64,000 nucleotides of DNA from Candidatus Levyibacteriota bacterium (GTDB lineage Bacteria > Patescibacteriota > Microgenomatia > Levybacterales > UBA12049). Shown piece by piece: positions 57,758 to 64,000 of the stretch. The stretch is from NCBI GenBank assembly GCA_052034235.1, contig JBPOIT010000009.1, forward strand, positions 72,203 to 136,202, written 5' to 3'. Under the pieces are notes generated by a model. That model saw only the letters and a program-made list of their open reading frames with translations. It ran no database searches and was not told the DNA's origin. Within the stretch, counting starts at the first letter, position 1. The number at the start of each line of letters is the position of its first letter. Both the position numbers and the translations under genes were made by a program.

Positions 57758-59515
57758 ATGAAAGAAAAAATTCCCAATAATCCAATACTTTTCGGTTTAT
57801 ATATAAGTAAGATACATAAAAAATGGGCAATGCTTGCACTCCTGTTTGTTTTTATTGCAACGGCAATAAGTCGTTCAACAGTACTCGTTCTCAGTAATCT
57901 CACAGATGCAATTGCTGCCACACCTCTTTCAATGAATGCAATTTGGCTTTGGGCAATTATCTATCCATTGATATTTTTTATGGGCGAAAATACTTGGCGA
58001 CTGAGTGGGTTTTCTGGTATGCGTTGGTTTATGAATTTTCGCTATTCAGGATATCAAATACTTTTTGAATATTTAACTCAACACAGTAAGGAATATTTTA
58101 ATAGTCGTTTTGCGGGATCTCTCTCAAACAAAATAACCAATGCTGTTGACGGAACACAAGCAATTTTTGAACGTTCCCTGTGGAATTTTTTACCGCTCCT
58201 TTTAGGTTTGATATGGTTTAGTGTTTTTGCATTTTCTAGTAATCAACTGCTTGGGATTATCATGTCGTCTTGGTCGATACTCTTTTTGGCAATGAATATC
58301 TGGTTTGCAACACATCTTCAACCACGGTCGTATCTATCTGCCAAAGCAGGATCAGTCCTTAAGGGGAGAATTGTTGATTCTCTTTCTAATATCTCTTTGG
58401 TTCACGAATATGCTTACGTAGCAGGGGAGCATTCCTACATACGGAAATTTGTTAAAAGAGATCGAGATGCTGGGTTTGCCTTATGGAGAATGAGTGAATG
58501 GATGCTCTTTATTAACGGTGTTTTGATTACGGTTTTTATGCTTGGGATGATTGGTACTTCAATATTCCTTTTTCAACAGCAAACAGTAAGTGCAGGAGTT
58601 GTGGTCATGGTTATCGCTATTTCACTCAAACTTTCTGATCAGTTATTATTTTTGGGTATGGAAATACGTGATGTCACAAGGTTTTATGGAGAAGCAAAGG
58701 AAGGATTAGAGGAAATTCTTAAGGAACTTGTCATTATTAATGCCCCAGGTGCTCTGAGTGTCGATTTTGAAAAAGGTTTAATTGAGATTGAATCTATAGA
58801 ATTTGAGTATGAAAATACCAAAGTTTTTTCTGATTTTTCTCTGCATATTCCTGCAGGACAAAAAATAGGTTTTGTAGGAAGAAGTGGTGCGGGTAAAACA
58901 ACATTTGTTTCACTGCTGCTTCGGCATTTTGATATTCAAAAAGGCGAAATAAAAATTGACGGACATAATATCTCAAGTGTCACACTTGAGAGTTTGAGAC
59001 GTGCGATTGCTTTTGTGCCGCAAGATACAAGTCTTTTTCATAGAACAATTACTGAGAACATTCGTTACAGTAATCCAACGGCAACTGATGAACAAGTTAT
59101 TAAAGCAGCACATTTGGCTCAAGCACATGATTTTATTGAAAAACTTCCCGAAGGATATAATACGTTAGTGGGAGATCGGGGTGTGAAATTATCAGGAGGG
59201 CAAAGACAGCGAATCACAATTGCCAGAGCTTTTCTTAAAAATGCCCCTGTACTTATACTTGATGAAGCAACAAGTAGTCTTGATAGTGAAAGCGAACATG
59301 CAATTCAGATGTCACTTGAAGAGCTAATGAAAAATCGTACAGTCATTGCAATTGCTCATAGACTTTCAACACTGAAAAAAATGGACAGAATAATAATTAT
59401 CGAAGACGGAAAAATTGTTGAAGATGGGGCTCCAGATTTCTTATTGCAAAGGAATGATAGTCTTTTCAAAAGTATGTGGGATCATCAAGTGAAGGGCTTT
59501 ATCGTTGATGACTAA
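57758..59515 (+). CDS. ABC exporter, fused permease/ATPase
   Basis: 6 TMs; GRSGAGKT, LSGGQRQR, LILDEATSSLD, IAHRLST. Confidence 0.95.
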   Translation: MKEKIPNNPILFGLYISKIHKKWAMLALLFVFIATAISRSTVLVLSNLTDAIAATPLSMNAIWLWAIIYPLIFFMGENTWRLSGFSGMRWFMNFRYSGYQILFEYLTQHSKEYFNSRFAGSLSNKITNAVDGTQAIFERSLWNFLPLLLGLIWFSVFAFSSNQLLGIIMSSWSILFLAMNIWFATHLQPRSYLSAKAGSVLKGRIVDSLSNISLVHEYAYVAGEHSYIRKFVKRDRDAGFALWRMSEWMLFINGVLITVFMLGMIGTSIFLFQQQTVSAGVVVMVIAISLKLSDQLLFLGMEIRDVTRFYGEAKEGLEEILKELVIINAPGALSVDFEKGLIEIESIEFEYENTKVFSDFSLHIPAGQKIGFVGRSGAGKTTFVSLLLRHFDIQKGEIKIDGHNISSVTLESLRRAIAFVPQDTSLFHRTITENIRYSNPTATDEQVIKAAHLAQAHDFIEKLPEGYNTLVGDRGVKLSGGQRQRITIARAFLKNAPVLILDEATSSLDSESEHAIQMSLEELMKNRTVIAIAHRLSTLKKMDRIIIIEDGKIVEDGAPDFLLQRNDSLFKSMWDHQVKGFIVDD

Positions 59516-59555
59516 ATTCATGCATGGTTTGATCTAATTTGCTATAATAGACTCC

Positions 59556-61262
59556 ATGCCCATGAAAAAATTACTTACTACTCTTCTTGTCGTCGTCGCA
59601 GTTTTTTCTTCTTTTGTACTCTTTCAGTCTCAAGCTCAGGCTGATGAACTTGAGGATATTAATAAAGAACTCGCCAAATTAAGTGATGAACTTACCAAAT
59701 CAGTAGCAGCAACAAAACCTCTTGAATCTGAACTTGTTAGTATACAAGGGAGAATCGTCAGTATAAAAGGTCGGGTAGGGCAAATTGAACAGGATATGGT
59801 TGTTAAACGGAAAGAAATAGATAAAGGCTATAAAGCGCTTACGGAAAAGGAAAAAGTGTTGTCAAAGACGATTCGCGAATTTTATGTACAGAGTTATTAT
59901 GATTCACCACTCCTTGTTTTTTTATCACTTGACTCTGCTTCTCAAGTAACCCAGGCACTTGCCTATCAAAAAGCAAAAACAGACCAAGATAAAGCAATTA
60001 TTACTAACGTTGCACTCTCACTTGTTGATTTGGAGAAGAAAAAAAACCAGCTCGAAATTGAACAAAAACAGATGGTATCCCTTAAAGCCTCTCTTGATAC
60101 TCAGTCCGCAAAACTTGATGAAGTTGTTAAAGGGGCAAAAAGTTACCAGGCAAACTTAAGCGGTAAAATTTCAGAACTCTCTGCTAAACAGCAGGAAATT
60201 ATTAATGCGAAAAGTGGAGGATTTACCGTCAGTGGGAATAACGAACTTGCTGATGAATATATAGCCTCAATCCAGGGATTTCGTGAATCTGCGCCTGCAG
60301 GGTCTTTTGGTATTTTCTCTTTTGGTGCATATACCCACCGTAATGGTATGAGCCAATATGGTGCAAAAGCAAGAGCAGATGCCGGTCAATCTGTTGAAGA
60401 TATTTTAAAGGCATATTATCCCAACGCGACCCTTAAAAAGGACTATTCAGTTATGGGAACGATTCAAGTTGATGGTCATGGCTCCATGCCTTTTGAAGAT
60501 CAATATTTGCAGGGAATTTATGAAATGCCTGGAGGTTGGCATATTAATGCATTGAAAGCACAAGCCGTTGCCGCTCGCACATATGCCGTTCGCTATACAG
60601 ATAATGGATCAAAGGCAATTTGTACAACTGAGTCGTGTCAGGTCTTTAAAAATGAGAAAAAAGGAGGTAATTGGGAAGTGGCGGTTAATGAAACAAAAGG
60701 TTGGGTGCTTGTCGATAGCGGTGGAGGTCTGGTTTCTACACAATATGCATCAACGCATGGAGGATTCAGTAACACTGGCGGGTGGGACACAACAGACGGC
60801 GCAGGTGGAGCTAATTTTATTGATAAAGCATACGAAAAACTAGGAGGTTCTCCATGGTTATACAAAGCATGGTGGCGAGAACATTACAGTAATTCAGGAG
60901 CAACATGTGGACGGTCTAGTCCTTGGTTAAGTGCCGTTGAGATGGCAGATATCGTTAATGCTGCAATCGCCCTCAAAACACCAGGTATTGACACTGGCAG
61001 AATTACACCAGTAACCACGTCGTGCTGGGGTGGAAATCCTTATAGTCATGATGAGCTGAGAAAGATGGTTGAAGGAAATGGTGGTTTAAGTGCCGCAACG
61101 AGTGTCTCAGTATCACAAGGTAATGGATCAACAAATTCGGTAACTATTAATGGCGTCAATATCAATGGAAATGATTTTAAGACAGCATTTAATTTGCGTG
61201 CACCAGGATATGTTCGTATACCACAAACAGGATTTGCCTTCTTTAATATTGAAAAGAAATAA
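59556..61262 (+). CDS. secreted coiled-coil protein with SpoIID/LytB domain
   Basis: signal peptide, long coiled coil, HRNGMSQYGA, YLQGIYEMP, ALKAQAVAARTYA, ICTTESCQV. Confidence 0.85.
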   Translation: MPMKKLLTTLLVVVAVFSSFVLFQSQAQADELEDINKELAKLSDELTKSVAATKPLESELVSIQGRIVSIKGRVGQIEQDMVVKRKEIDKGYKALTEKEKVLSKTIREFYVQSYYDSPLLVFLSLDSASQVTQALAYQKAKTDQDKAIITNVALSLVDLEKKKNQLEIEQKQMVSLKASLDTQSAKLDEVVKGAKSYQANLSGKISELSAKQQEIINAKSGGFTVSGNNELADEYIASIQGFRESAPAGSFGIFSFGAYTHRNGMSQYGAKARADAGQSVEDILKAYYPNATLKKDYSVMGTIQVDGHGSMPFEDQYLQGIYEMPGGWHINALKAQAVAARTYAVRYTDNGSKAICTTESCQVFKNEKKGGNWEVAVNETKGWVLVDSGGGLVSTQYASTHGGFSNTGGWDTTDGAGGANFIDKAYEKLGGSPWLYKAWWREHYSNSGATCGRSSPWLSAVEMADIVNAAIALKTPGIDTGRITPVTTSCWGGNPYSHDELRKMVEGNGGLSAATSVSVSQGNGSTNSVTINGVNINGNDFKTAFNLRAPGYVRIPQTGFAFFNIEKK

Positions 61263-61318
61263 ATTAAGTAGTAAAGCTTATCAAAGACACATAAATGATA
61301 TAATAAAACACACGAACT

Positions 61319-62014
61319 ATGCCTGATATTTTTACAGCACCCCAACAGAAAACACAGGATGAGCCTATTCGGGAGATTCCTTCTCCAACACCTCCTCGTG
61401 AGGAAAGATTGAGTACCTCACTTCCTGCATCAAACAAGGGTACAACGCCAGGTTTATTTACTTCCTATAGACCATTTCCAATAGGTATTAAATTTATCAA
61501 TCAAGAGCATGATGAGCAAATTGTGCTTTTTCTTAGGCGTCACTTTATTACAAATGTACCATGGATATTTTATACAGTGGTGTTTTTGCTGCTTCCTCCA
61601 CTCGTTTTCACTCTTCTTGCAATTACCAATGTCACATTTTTCTCGCTCACTCCTCAGTTGACGTTTGTCTTGGTCGCTTTCTATTATCTTGTTGTTATTA
61701 ACTATGCCTTGGTGAGGTTTATTATTTGGTTTTACCACGTAGGCGTTGTAACAAAGAAGCGGCTTCTAGACTTAGATGTTGACAATATTTTAACCTATCA
61801 TTTGGCTGAGACAAATATTGCTGACATTGTTGATGTTTCTTATTCTCAAAAAGGCTTTTTTCAAAGTTTTTTCAATTTTGGAGATGTGCCAATCCAAACG
61901 GAAGCAATCAAAGCGAATTTCGAGTTTGAGCATACACCGCATCCAGCAGATGTTGCTGATATCTTAACTGATTTGCGGCCCGAATTGAAAGGAAAAAAAC
62001 ATCATGCAACCTAA
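61319..62014 (+). CDS. membrane protein with bacterial PH-like domain
   Basis: LFLRRH, two TMs, VVTKKRLLD, IVDVS...FNFGDV.IQT. Confidence 0.75.
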   Translation: MPDIFTAPQQKTQDEPIREIPSPTPPREERLSTSLPASNKGTTPGLFTSYRPFPIGIKFINQEHDEQIVLFLRRHFITNVPWIFYTVVFLLLPPLVFTLLAITNVTFFSLTPQLTFVLVAFYYLVVINYALVRFIIWFYHVGVVTKKRLLDLDVDNILTYHLAETNIADIVDVSYSQKGFFQSFFNFGDVPIQTEAIKANFEFEHTPHPADVADILTDLRPELKGKKHHAT

Positions 62015-62255
62015 TTTTTCAAACATTATGAATGTGCTCCCGGATGATGCAATACTGCTGATTTTTAAAGTGCTTTTACTGGCTTTAATATTTGTTTTTA
62101 TACTCTTCAGTTTTATTGTCATCAGTCGTGTACGAACGCTAGATCGCACATTATCACTCAGTGCAGCAAATGCGTCAGCTTTTCTAAAAATCGCTGCATT
62201 TTTAATTTTCATGTCGGCTATCTCGCTTTTTATTATTACTCTTGTTATAGTATAA
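62004..62255 (+). CDS. small two-TM membrane protein
   Basis: 83 aa hydrophobic ORF coupled to its neighbours. Confidence 0.7.
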   Translation: MQPNFSNIMNVLPDDAILLIFKVLLLALIFVFILFSFIVISRVRTLDRTLSLSAANASAFLKIAAFLIFMSAISLFIITLVIV

Positions 62256-62258
62256 ATA

Positions 62259-64000
62259 ATGCCCGAATCTTCACTACATCTGTCCAAACCAACCTTGGCA
62301 TACGCAAAACTTGTTGCTACGCCAACTGAGACCTCCTGGTCCCAGGTATATAATGCCGGCAATTTATTCGCTTGTGTCTCCATAACCGTTGAAGGGGAAG
62401 CGGATGAATCCGTTTCACTTGCATCAACAGGCAAAAAACTTCTTGATAATCTTCAGGCAGAGTTCTTTGTTCTCGAAGAAAAATCATTGGTATCAATAAC
62501 GGAGGTAATTCAAAAATGCCTTCAAGAAATTCCTGACTATCTATCTGTTGCAATGACAATAGGCTTTTTTAAGGAAAGCATTTTATATATCTTCGTCGTT
62601 GGACAGGGGCGTGTCATGATGAAGAGGCAAGGGAAAGTCGGTATCCTTTTGGAGAATAAAATACCTCAAAAAGATGTCTTAACAGCCTCGGGATATTTGC
62701 ACAATGAAGATACTATTATTTTGGAGACAAAGCCATTCGCAGAAGATATCAATGATGAAACATTGGTAACAGCGCTTGAACTCTCCATTCCTAACGACAT
62801 CGCGGAAGCACTCTCTCCGCAGTTACATGCAAAAGAAGATGGGCGGCAAGCTGCAATTATTGTCGTTTATCATGGTGTTAGTAAAGGAGTGATGGTCGAT
62901 ACCTCCATGGAAGAGGAAGAAGAGACAATTGGTGAACCATTGCCGTTGGTTGCGGAGGAACATTCTATGAACGCAGAAGATCAACAGAGAGATCCTATTT
63001 TTGAGGAACAGCAAGAAAGAGACGATTTTGAAGAAGCAGAGGAAAATGAAGAACCGAGTGAAAAATCGAGAAAGAAGACAAAATTTACGTTCCCCAAAAT
63101 AGCTGCATTAGGCTTTTTGAATGGAATAGGATCAAAGATTTCAATTCCTGGAGGTTTTAAAATTTCACATACGCGAAAACTCTTTTTAAGTATTATTGTA
63201 ATATTGGTTGTTCTATTGACAGTGAGTATCTTTTTTACCAAAAAAAAGGAAAATGATGCTCAACAACAAGCACTTTTTAAACAAGTTTATGAACCTGCCC
63301 TTAATAAATATGAAGGAGCAAAAGCACTTGAAACCCTCAATAAGGATGTAAGTTATGAAGATTATTTAGAAGCGAAAAAAATACTAACAGCCAGCAGCAA
63401 TAAATTTCCTGAGGGTTCAGAAGAGTCAAAAAAAATAAAAGAGCTTTTAGCAAAAATAGAAGCCGAGTTGTCAGAATCATCTCCAGTGCAATCCGCAAAC
63501 GCAACAGAGGCAAAAGTCGGTCCAAATAGTCTCCTCTCAATTGCAAAAGCAAATAAAGATGCGAAAGCATTTACGCAGGATGATACTGCTGTGTATTATG
63601 TTACCGATAAAGCAATTGTTTCAGTTTCAAAAGGCAGTGGTAGTAAAACAGAAATTATTAAAAACGACGCAGTATGGGAAGACGCAGTAGGAATAGCAAC
63701 GTATCTTGGTAATTTTTATGTGCTTGATCGTAAAAAAGGAATTATTAAATTTGCTGCAGGAGGATATGCTCAGTCATCGTACTTTAAAGACAAACCCGAT
63801 GTCACCTCAGCCAAAGATTTGGCAATCGATAGCTCAGTATGGCTACTTCTTCAAGACGGCACAATCTTAAAATATACAAGCGGTGTCTCTGATGGATATA
63901 AAGCGCCAAAACTTGAAAAAGCAATGTCTGATCCTGCCAAAATCTTTACTGATGCAAACACAAGTAATATCTATATTCTCGACAGGGGAAATAGTCGGGT
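62259..64000 (+). CDS. partial CDS: phosphatase(PP2C)-like N-terminus, acidic linker, TM, extracellular beta-propeller-like region
   Basis: ATG 62259 (MPESSLHLSKP...), apparently open to the window end (absent from the stop-terminated track); C-terminal FYVLD / LAIDSSVW / IYILD repeats. Confidence 0.65.
   Translation, partial: MPESSLHLSKPTLAYAKLVATPTETSWSQVYNAGNLFACVSITVEGEADESVSLASTGKKLLDNLQAEFFVLEEKSLVSITEVIQKCLQEIPDYLSVAMTIGFFKESILYIFVVGQGRVMMKRQGKVGILLENKIPQKDVLTASGYLHNEDTIILETKPFAEDINDETLVTALELSIPNDIAEALSPQLHAKEDGRQAAIIVVYHGVSKGVMVDTSMEEEEETIGEPLPLVAEEHSMNAEDQQRDPIFEEQQERDDFEEAEENEEPSEKSRKKTKFTFPKIAALGFLNGIGSKISIPGGFKISHTRKLFLSIIVILVVLLTVSIFFTKKKENDAQQQALFKQVYEPALNKYEGAKALETLNKDVSYEDYLEAKKILTASSNKFPEGSEESKKIKELLAKIEAELSESSPVQSANATEAKVGPNSLLSIAKANKDAKAFTQDDTAVYYVTDKAIVSVSKGSGSKTEIIKNDAVWEDAVGIATYLGNFYVLDRKKGIIKFAAGGYAQSSYFKDKPDVTSAKDLAIDSSVWLLLQDGTILKYTSGVSDGYKAPKLEKAMSDPAKIFTDANTSNIYILDRGNSR

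Noticed and set aside
1025-63570. Numerous 60-150 aa ORFs antisense to or nested in long genes
   Set aside because: Shadow ORFs with no motifs, overlapping well-supported CDSs

Overview
AT-rich bacterial chromosome segment, genetic code 11. Gene content suggests Patescibacteria/CPR, Microgenomates-like (inferred from DUF4012, a monoderm-type VirB4/PrgI/pilin cluster, tRNA-Arg(GCG) and apparently leaderless genes). From left to right it holds: pgk-dedA-TerC-like genes; the origin region (jag-yidC-yidD-rnpA-rpmH / dnaA-oriC-dnaN); a conjugation-like T4SS cluster with two murein hydrolases and a 2007-aa orphan; five tRNA-Ser genes (GGA, TGA, CGA, GCT and a rare ACT) plus tRNA-Arg(GCG); a free-standing LAGLIDADG gene; a truncated comF; an RND pump, femAB-like gene, Ni-SOD (sodN/sodX), gdhA, fbp, two class A PBPs, rpe/rpiB, an ABC exporter and a SpoIID-like gene. 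The most striking unexplained structure is at 34.7-37.6 kb: six single-gene cassettes, each bounded by a conserved ~50-bp two-armed repeat that mimics the 3' end of the adjacent tRNA-Ser(GCT). The repeat geometry resembles serine-integrase att sites and usually includes a -10 box. It looks like an integron-like, tRNA-anchored cassette array; no integrase gene lies in the window. All calls were made by eye, with no database searches.
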